Shown one piece after another: positions 1-15,353 of a DNA stretch of 64,000 nt. The DNA is taken from positions 3,844,001-3,908,000 of the forward strand of contig OZ024749.1 in NCBI GenBank assembly GCA_964016885.1, given 5' to 3'. The stretch's first letter is position 1. Every line of letters begins with the position of its first letter. Under the pieces are notes generated by a model that searched no databases, was not told the origin of the DNA, and saw only the letters and a list, made by a program, of their open reading frames with translations. Made by a program: the position numbers and the translations under genes. The stretch comes from Eledone cirrhosa (lineage: Eukaryota).

Positions 1-934
1 TACCCCAAAAAACCCTCTTTCTTTTGACATCTACACACCACGCATCTTATGTCGAATTATCATTTTCCTCTTGTCAACAATAGAAACACGAAGGAAATGT
101 AGTCTGCTCATTTCTAACCTTCAGAACATTTTAAGTAATGATATATCTCACTTGACATTAAATATGCAAGGAACTTAATTTGGTTCTGTTTGAACCTAAC
201 GTAATTCCATTCTCCTAACAAACGTTACAAAGACGTACAAGGAAAACTTGGAGTGATATACAGGTAAAGAAATATTCATATTTTATCAAATTCGTAACAA
301 TAAAACTTATTCAACTCATGTTGCATATCACAACACGGCGACCATTTATCTTCCTGCAAAGGATATTGATGCAATACTTTTAAATGAAACAACCATTGCC
401 CCCTACATTGCCCCCTGCGGCTTCGTTTGAGGTTTGGTGTCATAGAAGGGTATATTCATGAAATACATGAGTTTAGAGGGGACCTTGTGAAATATTGAAC
501 TTAACCTGTTGAACGAACATAAAAGTGTTAGCCACTGAAACAGCAAACCAGAAGGGTGTGAATCAAAACAGTTCTAGTATAGCATTCCGATATTCATATA
601 TGTATTCCTGTATAGAGATAATATCCACTCAATCATTTATCAGTGGATATAAACCGATGCTAATAAACAGGTTGTCTTTGTAATGAATTATACATGTACC
701 CTGTATTGTTGATGCTTGTCACATCCGCAATGTTTCTGTTGATAAACTGCAAAAGCAAGTATTAGTATTCAAAGAAAAAAAACAACAAACAAAAGTATAG
801 CAGGATTATTATCGTTGGACTGTTTGCAAACGTGAAATGAAGCTGGCCTGTTTTATTTTGATCACGATATTATTAATTTAGATAAAATCTAAAACTAGAT
901 GATGGATGTTCTATTTAGGCTTATCGCATCAGGA

Positions 935-1186
935 TTATTGCAGTAGAATATTGTTATTGAAATTAGCTGTATCAGCATTGTGTAGTATTTTATTATCGTC
1001 ATCATGGCTTCTCTTTACTAGAGAAGATTTATGAAGTGGGTTGGCCACGTATATTGCCGAGACGTTGGTGGTGGTTGACGAGATTATTATAGTACAGAAA
1101 GATCGGGCCGCTGAGTATGGAAGAGGAAGTTTGTTTTGGACACGAGAATGTTGCACCATGTTCCTTGCTTCTTCCTTCCTAAGCTC
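935..1186 (-). other. Possible terminal coding exon (unsupported by homology)
   Basis: Pyrimidine-rich tract, then ..catag|GAG, then 83 open codons (ELRKEEARNMVQHSR..); no recognised domain. Confidence 0.15.
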
Positions 1187-2545
1187 CTATGTATACACAA
1201 TAAGGTTTACATGAGCAAAAGAAAAATCAAACCTGTGTGTAGTATCTGACTATGTTAAATGATTAGCGTTCACATCAGTCATCTGGCGATGATCAGTATT
1301 GTTTAGTAAAGATGAGTTACAACGAAATATGGATAATTTCTAAGTTTATCACATGTCGGTTAGAGCATGTAGAACAGCCAGCTATACCACTTGACATTGA
1401 GATTTTGATGGGGCGTACCTAAACAGTGCTGCTTAAATTCCACTGCCTTTATATTGTTCGCTTAATTGTACATACATTATGTAAGCTCCAAATATATGTA
1501 TATGCCTGTAAACCCTTGTATTTTATTTATTCAGTAGAGCGTGATTTGAACATATAATTCATGAATTCGGAATAATTACCGTGAAACATATTGTAACAGC
1601 CCCATAAATATATCAATAATTATCAGCTAATTAATTGCCATTTATCGAAATATTTCAACGCCAAATTATTTATATTCGTTTAATTAATTATTTCTAGTAA
1701 AACGTAAATGTAAATATATATTTTATGAATATGCATACACAATAAGCTTTAAATTAACCTATATTGTTTTAAAGCCAACATTCATTCTATCTTGTTTAAG
1801 TAGGATATCTTTCGGATGCAAACAAAGCTGCTCTCTTCGTTATAAGAATATCTTGTGAGTGTCATTTTGAGAGTGTGGTATTCACAAAGACTGGAGTCGA
1901 CTGAGAGAGGAACTGATTGAATTGACCCCCTCTCTACTCTTGGTTGATTCAGAGGAAAGTAAGTGGAGTTTGAGTGTTATTTTCGTGATCGACCTCCGGA
2001 TGAAGATATGCAGAGATAACCATGGTATGTTTTGAAATCAATGTGAAGACAAACAGAAAAAATGATATAAACCATTCAATTCAAAGTTTTAAATGCAACA
2101 ATAATATACAGTGTGCGTGTTAACGTTTGGAACATATAGCTTTATTTAGTGGTCAAACCTTTTCATATGACGCAACACACTATTTCTATTTGGCAACTCA
2201 GAATAACTAACTGTACACGTGTTTGTTAAATTATCAACCAGTAGCACGGTAATTGGACGTTTCAGAGGTTAACTTGATCATGATGCTGTATGCTCATCGT
2301 CGAAGGTCGACGAAAGATACATCAGTATATCACACAAGTATAAACGCATCTAGAATGAAATTCATCTGATATTTCCTATTTCACTAATACAATCCTCAGA
2401 TGTATTGCCGCCGTTGATTACCTCCTCATAATTTCTGGTAATAAATTAAATTAAAAGAAAGAAAATAAATATAAAAATATGAAATAAATCATGACCAAAA
2501 TTTCATAGCGCTTTTCAGACCAAAATAGCGTTCGCTCGCCCCCTC

Positions 2546-2971
<426 letters not shown>

Positions 2972-4009
2972 GTACACTTAAATATTGCTGCTCAATACGG
3001 AATTTAAAATCAATAATGGTTATTGTATTCTAGTCAGAAATTTGTAGTCAGAGAAAAATATTATATTTCTGTAGTAGAGACTCCATTAGGATTCATTTCC
3101 ATATGTTTTGATTCTGAATTCCTGAATCTAATTTCCTAACTGCCCACTCCCATCCTCTTATAGGGGTTTCTATTGATATTTTCATATTTGTTCTGCACTA
3201 TTTTCCGAAAGTTTGCTTTTCTCTTATTAATATTATGATAATGTTTTTTTTCATTTTTTCCCTCTTATGAATGATGATCCATGTGGTGCTTGCAAAAATG
3301 GCTATTTTCTGCTGTCGTTCATTTTTTTTTTTACTGTTACAAAAGGGTCATCTATACGAGATAAGATTATCTACACAGCTTTGAATAAATGAACCCTCTA
3401 ACTAATTCATTAAATATAAGAATCAGTCATAAATAACTTTGCATTCCGTTCTGTCCGTTTAGTGGTTCAGAGATTATTTCATTCCATTCTACAGTCATAC
3501 GCAACGGAAAATATACAAGTAATTTTCAATAAAAATAACAAGAGACTGAACAGTGACAATATGGTTAGATTCACAAAGTATTGCTCTGTGTGATTTATAG
3601 AAAATAATATTTATTAGATATTTAAAAACAAATTCGATTTTTCATATGAAATGGATAAAATTTATTACAAACTTTAAATATATATGTTACTTTTATATAT
3701 ATTTACATATATGTATTTGTATTTTCTTTTTGTTTTCGGTTACTTCTTTGTATAAATCTTCATCTATAAATAATATTTTCTAAAGACACATATTGTTTAA
3801 TGTTACTTGGAATTATATTCAGTAAACGAATAATAAATCATATTTTATATGGCAAATATTCATTTTAGGGCGCTAATATATTTGGTAAGGGATATATTAG
3901 ATAATAATACAAGATTGTTTGATATAAATAAACGTGAATACAAATTTATTATCATAAGCACGCGTACAAACAAGACTCAGAACGATACGAGCATGTGCAT
4001 AAAATGTAT

Positions 4010-4073
<64 letters not shown>

Positions 4074-4081
4074 ATATAGAG

Positions 4082-4147
<66 letters not shown>

Positions 4148-4309
4148 GTGTGTGTGTGTATGTATGCATGTATATATTGTGTTCGGAAAATATTGTTTTG
4201 GTAAAAACAGGAGCAAGCAGGAGAAAGCTCTCAACAGTCGTTGTTTTTAGTTTCGATGGAGAATTTTATAAAAATAACAAAATAAGATGCTGAGGTCACT
4301 TATATCGTT

Positions 4310-4365
<56 letters not shown>

Positions 4366-4553
4366 GATAAATCTACCTAAATGTACGGTAGTGTCCAATC
4401 CGTATGAAGAACTCAATGTAATCCGAATATCATGAAAAGAGAAGATGTATTCAAAACATTTTTTTCGATGAAAAATACAGGAAAACAGAGTCAAGATAAA
4501 TTAATAAAAATAATGAATAAACAAAGAAACAGTCCTTATATTAAAAAAATCAT

Positions 4554-4683
4554 CATTTTACGATCGTTTCTAGGATATATATGTTAGTGTTGGTATGCAT
4601 ATCCTATAGATCTATGTAAAATTTTTACAAACTATCAGAAGGAATATACATACCTACACATATATATGTTGTCTTCAGAAATA
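4554..4683 (-). ncRNA. Type-I hammerhead ribozyme motif with ~100-nt stem II
   Basis: Minus strand reads tattt-CTGAAGA-[long stem II]-GAAA-cgatcg-TA-aaatg; homologous to 47536-47665. Confidence 0.7.
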
Positions 4684-4995
4684 ATGGTATTTGTTTATTG
4701 AAAAAACCCAACAAAGATTTAATACAATAGGTCTGTTTGGGAACAGGTTTTGAATTGACCAATAGAAAGATATTGAAGGTCAAGATGGTAAAATAGTAGT
4801 AAAAGAACCTTAATTTAGGGGTAGAGGAAGGTAGATTTCAGTTTTGGATGGAAAGAATATTATAAATGAAAGATTATTTTAGGGATGAAAATATATATAT
4901 ATAAAATCAAGGTTTAGCAAATATAGAATCACTTTTAAAATAATATATCAGTTATAAAATTATATATAGATATATGTATATAAAAAGTATTTATA

Positions 4996-5061
<66 letters not shown>

Positions 5062-5190
5062 CTTCTTCTTCTTCTTCTTCTAGAGAGTGTCATGGTGGTA
5101 GAATCCTGAAAAACACCATCCAGCGGTTCCTGTAAAACCACCGGTTTTCTACCAGTTGGTTTTGCCAGTAAGATTTGTTCAGTGTTTCTT
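5062..5190 (-). mobile_element. Possible LINE 3' end with (GAA)n tail
   Basis: (CTT)n run joined to a GC-richer segment; family not identified. Confidence 0.3.
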
Positions 5191-6806
5191 TGCAGAGACG
5201 TTCTAAAAGCCTGTCCGCTATATAAGAGTTGTTATCTCTTTTACGGAAAAAGTAGCGGCGCCACCTGGTGCGATTTTCTGATCTCCAGAGCTATGCGAAC
5301 TATAGAATTACGTTACTCCAAATACCCATGGGAGGAAACCTAAATATATGTATATGATTCTCTCTCCTTCTCTCTCACTTTCTCTTTCTATTTCTTTATA
5401 CGTCTATCTATCTCTCTTCTCTTTCTCTCTCTATCTCACTCTCTCTCTCTCCCTTTCCCTCTCTGTGTATATATATATGCAGAACCTTTAAGGTATTTTT
5501 CTTTGTTATGTCAACATTTATAAAAGAAACTTTGTATTGTATCTGATGAGAACGTACCAAAGTGTTGCTACCCTTGAACTATATATAATGGTTAGGGTAT
5601 CGTCATCTACCTTTACTTGATGATCCCCTAACCATTGAGTTCTCTCGGTTGGGATATAGCTACTCGTATTGCACACTCAGTTAGGACCAATTACGCTCTC
5701 TATATATAACTCTACCCACAGTACCCATTTTCTTTAGACATTGCGTTCCCACAGTTGCGACTGGTCACTTTCCTATCGATTGAACGCTACACTTGGTTTT
5801 GATCCGTGATCATCTAACCATATAGTGCTCACAGTTACGGATTGAACAATAATATATACACACCATTAATGGGCCTACACACATCCTCTGGGTTTTGCTA
5901 TCCTTTGTTATTTACTTTACCTTGTATGTTGTATATCAGACCTCCACCACTCAAACACCTATTTTAAAAGCCCAAGCGCCCATTTGACTGGAAATCGCAC
6001 TTACTGACACATTAACCCAAATACCCAACCCTACATGGAGCCCCTTGCTTGCCCACATTGCAGTTGCTTGCACGCATGGTTTTTGGGACTCAGACTCTCA
6101 ATGGGACAGAGAGTTCGATATGAGCTGATGGCTTGCTCTTCACATGGATGCGTATATACATTTTTTCGGACGATACGGATGTGTATATACCATAACATAC
6201 ACTTGAAGATACGGATGTTACAATTCAATCTATACATGTATGACAGAACACTGAACTGAACTTACATGCTTGTGTGTTTGTATGTGTATGGGGCTGTGAT
6301 TTAACACAATATTTCCAATTTACATCGTCAAATTGAGATTTGACCAATGTAGCATTTGGTGTTTTGTAAACGAACTTTCGGTGAATGCTATGTTGGTATA
6401 TTCTTATTCTTATATTTGTTGTTTTTTCTATGACATCGCTTCGGTGTGTGTGAGAGTGTGTGTGTACCTACTCACACTAATTGTGACGTTCTATAGTTCT
6501 ACAGGTTTGCTGCTGTGTTCATATGTGTATATATATTTTTTTTTTTGTTTCTTTGACCTCGAGCCGGTGTGTATGGGTGTTGAGTGTGTGTGTACCCACT
6601 CACATTAACTGTGACCGACTGTATTTCTATAGATCTGATTAAGGTCCAGCGTCCTTTGCACCTATTTGACAGTTTTATGACCCTAACTGAAGCTAATATA
6701 AGTCGCCGTATTTCTGACTACTGGATCCTCATATGAGGGAATAAACTCTGTGAGTGAACATTGCTAATTTTCTCCCTCATATCAAGAATTTGAAGACAAT
6801 TAATTT

Positions 6807-6879
6807 TCACCTGATGAGATTAGTGATAATTGATCATGGCTTTCGATCGATCTATCTTTTATTGAAACATGTGTCGTGA
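6807..6879 (+). ncRNA. Type-I hammerhead ribozyme motif
   Basis: tcac-CTGATGA-[46 nt]-GAAA-catgtg-TC-gtga; ACATGT palindrome at stem III. Confidence 0.7.
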
Positions 6880-7049
6880 TTAAAATGATTGGAATTTTAC
6901 CTTGTCTTCAGATTTTCATTTTGATACTTATACTCCGTTTTACATCATCTAGCTGTTCCCTTGAATGGAATTGGAGATATACAAAAGCGTGGAGAACTTA
7001 ATTTGCTAACAAATTGATTGGACCGTTTTACATAACCAATAATACACCT

Positions 7050-7106
<57 letters not shown>

Positions 7107-8574
7107 CATATGTATGTGTGGGTGTATGCGTGGGTGTGTTCATGTGTGTGTGTGTGTGCATGTGTGTGTGTTTGCGTGTGTGCATGTGTGTGTATGGAGA
7201 ACAAAACCTATATTAGTAAAATGGCAAGACATTTTGGATGGGAAATATGCCTAAGCTGAGGTAACACGATAAAGTTCATCTGTTTACCCTTTAGATCAGG
7301 CACTCGACACTGCTTCATGAGATCAGTAGAGGGAAATATAGAGAATGAATACATTGAGAATGATGGATAAAATACTGGGTGGCTACCTTATTTATTGATT
7401 ACTGTAAACCTTATATTTAATTTTAGCTTTGCAGGATATGAATTTGGAAAGCATAGACTTGAGATCAGTAACATGTTATTTTATCTTACTAGTGATTTCT
7501 GCTAATTCACAATGCACACTCCCATCATGCGGACACATGCGCACACAGACACAATAACACATAGACACACATAAGAACACACACATTATATTGTGTATGT
7601 GTACATATATGCTTATCTTTACATATGTGTCCATGTGTATACATCTGTGCATATGTCTATAGATACACACACAGTTCCCCTCGCATACATACTCATACAC
7701 GGACACACACGCACACATATATATATATATGCACGTATATATAAACAGCTGTGATGGGTATATATATATATATATATACATCACAGCTGTAATCACTGAT
7801 ATAGAATCAAATTTGATTATATTCGCTGAAAACTACCATTAGACGATTCTGGTACAGCTGTTGTCGGTGCTGGAGTTGGATGGTTGTGGTGGTGGTGGTG
7901 GTGGGGACTTAATGGCGGCTCTGGTGAGAGACATAATAGACAGTATTGCTTTCTAACATACCAGCTGGACACAAACAATATCATATTCAATTAATCGAGA
8001 CACGCTTCCAGAAGTTTTCATCGTAGATATTCAATTAATTTTTCATCGGCGTATAGACCCAAGAGGTTTGTCGACATTAGCCATCTTCGTTCATTTGTTA
8101 ACCTTCAGTGTTAACATAGGCTGCGAATATAATGACATTAGTTCCGTAAGATAGTTCATGTTCTTCTTGTGTTCCCAGCAATAAAATAATGATTACAAAT
8201 CAAAGACAACACGCCATATAGAGGAAGTATATATGATTAATAAGAAATGATCTATGTTCCACTCGTTACTCGCCTGATCTCTATCCTTTATTTGTCCTGT
8301 TTAAAAGTCAGTATTGTATAGATTGTAAAGAACATTGATAATGTTTGAATATTTTATAACATAGGAGAACTTCTGATATTACTTGATACATAAGCATAAT
8401 CATAAATGCATTAAAAATAGAAATATGATTACTTAAAAATGCTGAACATAAGATCTAAAACGGAAATAGGAATAAAGGATGTTATAAAATATTTCGAAAA
8501 TCGTATCTCTATTAGCAAGTCGGTTATTATCCATAACACATTATAATTCACTGTTACTATGGTGTTAAAATATA

Positions 8575-8757
8575 TATTTGTTTCTACGCTTGGCACAAGG
8601 CTAGCAATTACCAACTACATTACTGGTATTTCATTTTATCGACCCCGTAAAGATGAAAGGAAACGTTAACCTCGGCGGGATTTGAACTCATATCATAAAG
8701 GGCCGTAACTCTATGTTGCAAAGCATGGCGTCGGGACCCTCTGCCGATACTGCCAAT
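8575..8757 (-). mobile_element. SINE family A copy (tRNA-like head, Meta-like central domain)
   Basis: Reverse complement of the recurring ~180-bp consensus ttggcagtatcggtagagggtcggacgcc..gagttcaaatcccgccgaggttaactttgcctttcatccttacggggtcgataaaataaagtaccagt..ggccttgtgcc..gtagaaacaatta; contains a B-box-like GTTCAAATC. Confidence 0.85.
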
Positions 8758-8848
8758 ATTTGATAATGTACGAGGTATTCTATAGTCAAACTGTATAGGT
8801 TTAAATGGAGTTACACAGCGATTAAATAGCCTTCCCTGTACAGCTTCT

Positions 8849-9064
8849 GTGGATTGGCAGTATCGACAGAGGGTCGGACGCCATGTTTTGCAGCATAGTG
8901 TTACGGCCCTTTATGATCTGAATTCAAATCCCGCCGAGGTTAACGTTTAGTTTCATCTTTACGGGCTCGATAAAAAAAAGTACCAGTCACGCACTGGTGT
9001 CGATTTAATCGACTGTCCCCTCCCCAAAATTACTGGCCCTGTGCCTATAGTAGAAATTATTATT
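8849..9064 (+). mobile_element. SINE family A copy (longer variant)
   Basis: Matches the consensus and has an extra gtcgatttaatcgact..cccaaaat segment. Confidence 0.85.
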
Positions 9065-9500
9065 TCATCTTTTCACCCACTGCATGTCTAATTATTGCTA
9101 AATACGTGATGAAATGTTATCACGTATATGTTTCTGTATCCGTATATAAGCGTATCATTATCGTTCATCAAAATATATGTTCATACCGAAAGCCTTGTCA
9201 GTTAAGTATTCTAATAAAAACGTATCCTGGGAGCACCACATGGTGGTCTGACTAACTGGATTCACCACAGTGGTTAACGGGTTCTTTTGATTGATTCCAG
9301 AATTATGAAATCAATGTTGATAACGAGGTGATCGAAGCAGGTCCCACCACAAAGATCGCAAGATATTTTGACTTACTTTCTAAGAATCTTTCAACCCGTC
9401 TTTCTGCTTCTAATAAAATAGTGGAAGCATACAATTTATCGATTTAAGAAGCATGCATATTATAATTGATTACGTCGAGATTGTTACATAGGAAAATAAT

Positions 9501-9674
9501 TGTTTCTACTTTAGGCACAAGGCCTGCAATCACCCAGTGTATTACTGGTACTTTATTTTATCGACCCCGTAAGGATGAAAGGCAAAGTCAACCTTGGCGG
9601 GATTTGAACTCAGATTGTAAAGGGACGTAACTATGCTGGAAACCATTGCGTCCGACTCTCCACCGATACTGCCA
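9501..9674 (-). mobile_element. SINE family A copy with 13-bp TSD
   Basis: TSD ataggaaaataat at 9488-9500 and 9675-9687. Confidence 0.9.
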
Positions 9675-11185
9675 ATAGGAAAATAATGATGATTGATTCC
9701 TAAAGTTGGCAGAAACGTGGGTATCTGAATTAAGGTAGATATTTATCCGAACCTACATGAACGTAGAACAGTTGCTGAGAATGTCTTGCGGAGAATTAGC
9801 ATCGATTCTTTCGGCGTATTTAACTGTCAAATACACATGCACGCTTCAATTGTTTATGGAGCAGAAAGGATGCGATTTAGATCGGCTAATCTGGACCTTT
9901 CAAGAAGGACAGAAAAATGTGTTATTATGAAATGAAAACGGATAATTCTGCACCAGATTTCTGTCGGGAGAATCAACATATTACAATGTTATCAATATAT
10001 TCGGCATTATCACTACACATCCCTTCTCAGATATGGCACCAGATCCCGTCTCACGGCAGAATAAATTATTCAATATAGTTGAAATACACAATGGATCAAC
10101 CCGTCTCAACAGTTTACTTCCCAAAAATTGTCCCAATATATTTTTAATTGTAAAACTTAAATATATTTGGCATCATTTCACATGATATTTTTTCTGAATG
10201 TTGCATTTAGGGGACGGAATATTCTTTATAAAATGACACTCCGTGGAATCTGCAGAAACTGCACACAATTTAAGCCAATCGAAAATATGGCGTCTCGTCT
10301 TACTCATTCAAACCAACTCAACATTCGTACTGGAAACATATTTGTCAAGTATTTTTCTTACTGAATGTTTTATTTGTATGTCTGTGCCATATTTATAAGA
10401 TTATCATTGACGAAGACTTATATATTCGTCTGACTATGGTGTGCTGTGCTGCGGGGTAAGCAATATTATATTTAATCAGTTCATGTCTGCAAAAGAAATC
10501 AAATTTGGTGAACACTTTTTTCACGTATTTACACTGATATAGCTGTGAGGAAAATGAGTGGTTCTTTTGCAAAATTTAAGAAAAATATATAATCAGAATA
10601 TTGAAAGCTGCCAATGCTATCTTCATCAGCAAGAACGAAAATTGAAACGTATGATCCAAGACATAAACAATGTTCTAAAACTGGTCAATCTTATGAAACC
10701 ATGATTACTAAATATATGAATGGTCACTTCAATTTTACCATAAACTGGAATATACCGTTTATTGGGTAAAAAATACTTTGGTGTTCCTTTTATATCAAAA
10801 TGTTTAGAGAAATATGATCATTTCTAATTTGGAAGTTTAGCCAAAATACTTTTGCATAGGAGAAATTGTATATCTTTTTTTATGTGTATATTACATTTGT
10901 ACGATATAACAGTCATGATTATGTTACACAAAACTTCAGCATCAACAGCTTTTTTAGAGATGGTGACATCAATCTACATGTAAAACATTCTTATTATTTT
11001 TTCTCAATTCCACTGCTGCCTGTCAGCTTATTTTTTCTATTTTTTCATTAGCTTCTCATTCTATTTTTTCACGAAGGACTAGCGTCCGAAACGTTAAGTC
11101 CTTTCCTGCAATATTACGCATAAAACTAATAATTAATTTCAGAAGTGAATATTTCAAAAAACGTTGTTTATATGACATTATAGAA

Positions 11186-11242
<57 letters not shown>

Positions 11243-11399
11243 TATCATACTTATATATATATATATATGTTCACTTTCTAATTATATATACTATTTTACT
11301 CTTTTACCTGTTCCGGCTATCCGGCTGATAGATAAATGGATAGAAATATAGATAGATAGATAGATAGATAAGTAGATATATAGATAAATACATAGATAT

Positions 11400-11439
<40 letters not shown>

Positions 11440-11469
11440 ATAGATAAATAAATAGATATATAGATAGAT

Positions 11470-11577
11470 ATATTTCTTTATTAGCCACAGGGGCACAAAA
11501 GAAGGGGACAAATACAAAGGGGGAAGTTTACATACAATAAAAACGTGTAAAATGTTATCACAGATGGAATTTAAGAT
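11470..11577 (-). mobile_element. Short 3'-end fragment of a related Tx1 element
   Basis: Similar to 11645-11712 (tttcttttatt.gcc..aggg..caaaa..tacaaaggggg.agtttacat.caa), in the same orientation, flanked by (GATA)n. Confidence 0.7.
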
Positions 11578-11579
11578 AT

Positions 11580-11643
<64 letters not shown>

Positions 11644-11914
11644 CTTTCTTTTTATTTGCCGCCAGGGCATCAAAAATGGCACAAGTACAAAGGGGGGAGT
11701 TTACATGCAAAGGCGTCCTCAATATGTAGGAGGCAATAACAAGATATAAAAGTTTAAAAATTAAATAAAATATAAAAACATAAATTTTATAACAAAATCC
11801 TCAATAGGGAGGAGGCTCATTGGGGGGTCGCACACACCCCCGAAAAAAAGTGTGCAACCCTTCTCCTCAACAGCACAGAGAGGGGGTGCTCCCTTGGTCT
11901 TTCATCTTCCTCAC

Positions 11915-14900
11915 CTATAGTCTGATGTAGAGTGAAGGCCCATTCACACGGGCCATTCTCGCCACTTTCACCCATCTTTCATAAAAACGGCTGGGGTGCA
12001 GCACCCCTCTCTCCATCCTGATCCTTCTTCCGAAATGATATCGGAAGAAACGCACCAGTTGTTGGCCAGAGAGAAAGGTGTCTGACCTCAGTCCTTTCAG
12101 ACGCATCCACCATACAACCTCTTTCGCCATGACTATTACGCACAGAAACACCGCGTCTCCTTCGTTTTTGAAGAGGGGAGGCGGCTTGATCGTTACAATA
12201 GACTCGGTGGTCAGCCGAATCGGTCCCTCTCTTGACAGCAGTTGTTCGACATAGCCCCACAGATCGGCAATGCCCGAGCAGTGTACCAATGCGTGTGCAA
12301 CGGTTTCCTCGTCGCACACGCATCTGGGACAGGTCTTTTTCGAGGGGTCCCTACCCGGGCGCCCGTGTCTGTAGAGCCTTTCTCGAACGGGCAGAGCCCC
12401 TCGGCAGCACTGTTAGGCCAGGGACCTCTGGAAGTTATCCATGGGTCTCGGGCTGAATGTCCTACCGAACAGGTTGTCCAGTTCGCCTTCCTCCATGCCT
12501 AGGGATTCTCCGAGGGTGTCATCTCTCCTGCTAACCACCAGCCCTCTATAGAATGACGAGGTGGATTCTCCAGACAGCCGGGTCCGCCTGCCAGAGAGCC
12601 GTTAGCGCCTGGGCACACTCGGTGTCCCAGACGCCCAGTTTTCTCGGTCTATGCTTGACCCAGAATTGCAGCTCGGTGAGTGAGACGAGTCTTGGAAAAG
12701 TTCGCCTCACAAACGGGGCCCACACCGGTTGACCGGTGAGGAATACCTGGAGGTGCCGTAGCCTTAATGCGTGTTTACGTATCATTAGCCACGGCATCCC
12801 CAGCCCTTCTTTAGAAGGGTGTTGACAGCAGATGGCTCTCCTCACCATAGGAGCCCGCTTCTTCCAAAGGAATTGGAAGAGTGCGCGCTCCATTTTAGCG
12901 AGCGTTTCCCTTGGTCAAGGCACAACGGTCAGGCGGTAGTAGATGACGGACGCTATATAAGTGTTCGCCACCTCCGCCCGACCTTTCAGGGACAGTTTGC
13001 ACTCGGCCCACTTCTGGGTCAGTGCACACACCCTGTTCGTTAGCTCACCCCAGTTCTTCTCCACCTGGAGGTCTGGTCCGAACCAGACCCCGAGCAACTT
13101 CACCGGGCCCTCCGTCCTGCGCCCGACGACGCCATCGGAGGGCATCGATCTGCTCCTCCACGTGCCGAGTTGCAGGCCGATCGACTTGTCCCGGTTCAGC
13201 TTAGCCCCTGTAAACCTTTGGTACTCCTCCAGTAAGGTGCCGTCGACACCATTACTGTTACGTCGTCGGCGTAGACCGACACCGCTTTCCGTAATCCCGG
13301 TTCCAACGGGATGCCCTGCAACAACTCCAACTTCCGCAGCAGTGGCTCTAGAGTCATTACATACAGAATGGAGGAGAGAGGGCACCCTTGTCGGATGGAC
13401 CGCGCGATTTCGAACGGCTCCGAGAGGTAGCCGTTCACCTTGACCCTAGAGCAGATGCGGCTGCTGTGCATGGCATTGATCCAGCCTCTGAAAACGGGTC
13501 CGAAGCCTGCCGCCGCTAGCACCGCATCCAGGTAACCATGGTCGACCCTATAGAACGCCTACGGTTTATCCAAGTTGATCAGGGCCCCAGCAAAGCCGGG
13601 TTCGTTCCCAACCCTCTCTATGATGTATCGCATGAGGTGGAGGTTGTCGGGGATGGATCTGGACGGGATTGCACATATCTACGCATCCTCCACCAGGTTG
13701 CCCACGACAAGCGCCAACCTCTTTGCTAGCACCTTGGCCAAAATCTGTAACTCTGTATTTAGCAGAGTTATGGGCCTGAAATTATTTATATCGTCCCCAT
13801 TGTTCTCGTCCTTCCTCACTAGCGTGACTACGCCCTTGGTCACAGCACAGGGAATTATCCCGTTATGTTGCCAGTTACAGTAGACCGCCTCGAGGAGATC
13901 GGGGAACAAGTCCGGCATAGCTAGATACAGTTCGTATGGAAGACCATCGAGTCCCGGGGATTTGCGTTTGCCGCATTGGCTCCGCACCTCCTCTATCTCA
14001 GCGGCTGAAATCGGCTCCTCGCAGGACTTCGCCTCCCTGCCCGAGAGACGCGGCAGGCCGTCGAGGTATGCAGCGAAGTCCACATCCCCAACCGTCTCCC
14101 CGCCCCTTCCGAACAATCCGGCAAAGTGCTTTTGAAAAGCCTCGCACATCTGCTTAGGTTCAAGGATCACCCGTCCATCCTGGTCTCGCAAAGACCGGAT
14201 AGTGGATCTGCTCCCTCTTTTGGCTTCTGTCACGCGGGCCCAGCTAACAGCTTTGGTCTCATCGTTTCCCAGAGCACGTATTTTGCTTCGGACGATGCAG
14301 CCTTCGTTTTTCGCGTCGAAGAACTGGCCCAGGGCTGTTCTCGACGCTAGCACTCAGGCCACGTCGCCGCTTCTGATGGCCTCTTCTACACTATCTACCA
14401 GCTCCCTTTCCTTCCTATTTCTATTTGAAGGCTAACTCCTTACTAAACTCTATAGAGACTACTCTAATCTCTCTTTTGAGAGATCCCCACCACCTGCTGT
14501 TGACGATGGCGCCCGTCAACCGCTCCTTAACTAAAGTGCTAATCCGGTCCCTGTAAGCCTTACTTGCCGGTAAGGGAAGTTGAGCTTCCAGTAACCGGGT
14601 CCCTGTCTATGCGTTCTGTCAAGGTTTACCATGCAGCTCACTAACTTGTAGTCTGAATAGCCAACCATGCTCATTTTTGGACAACTTAAAAAGTCCTTAT
14701 CCTTATTTCTAACTAAGTACCTATCTAGGTACGACCTAGATGATCCGCTACGATTTGCCCAAATCCAGGTTGGCGCAGTCGGAAAATCTAGTCCATATCT
14801 ATCGGCCAGGTCAAATCGACCGATTAACCCGTTGAGGCTATTACACCCCTCTCTATCGGGACAGGCCCCTACGTAGACCCAGCGTGCATCTAGGATACCA

Positions 14901-15353
14901 TACCAATCCCCCACTAATAGCAAGGAGCGGAACGTCCCTAGAAAAGTCTCCAGACGATGGAAGAAGTCCGGCCGCATTGACCCGAAAGGGCCGTAGGCGG
15001 CTTCCAAGCTAAACGCTCCGCCTTCACCACTGCCAAGATCCAGAACCACTAGTCGACCCTCCGGGTCCAAATGTACCGTCTGTGTTGCGAGACCCAGATG
15101 TTTTTGCAGCAGAACGACCACCCCACCCCCACCTCCGGGCTGACACAGAGATGCGTGCATCTCAAAGTCATCAAAGGTGAGGGGCCAGCTGTCGCACGTT
15201 GCTGATCCGGGCCTCGCAAATAACCATCACATCTATACGTTGTGACCTGAGGTCATTTAGAAGCATTGCTTGCTTCCAAGTTGAGCCCAGGCCACGCGCA
15301 TTTAGACAGCCTACTCTTAGCATAGCTATGTTGGTGGTGATGAGAAAAGGCAC
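11915..15353 (-). pseudogene. Tx1-type ORF2 (APE endonuclease, reverse transcriptase, C-terminal Zn finger) with several frameshifts and stops
   Basis: EN motifs GCLNARGL, LVGDW, YLDRYLV, SDYKLV. RT motifs KSPGLDG, NFRPITLLN, IRQGCPLS, YADD, LLGVWFG. C-terminal CDEETVAHALVHC. Confidence 0.92.

Noticed and set aside
2360-2405. Minus-strand CTGAGGA..GAAA-ta-TC hammerhead-like match
   Set aside because: Stem I does not pair properly; likely chance.
7820-7970. (CCA)n-containing possible exon (poly-His/Pro)
   Set aside because: Short frames, no clear splice pair or domain.
11064-11100. cacgaaggactagcgtccgaaacgtta, hammerhead-like
   Set aside because: Stem II and GAAA are present but the CUGA core is lost. 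Probably a dead pLTR motif, so not counted.
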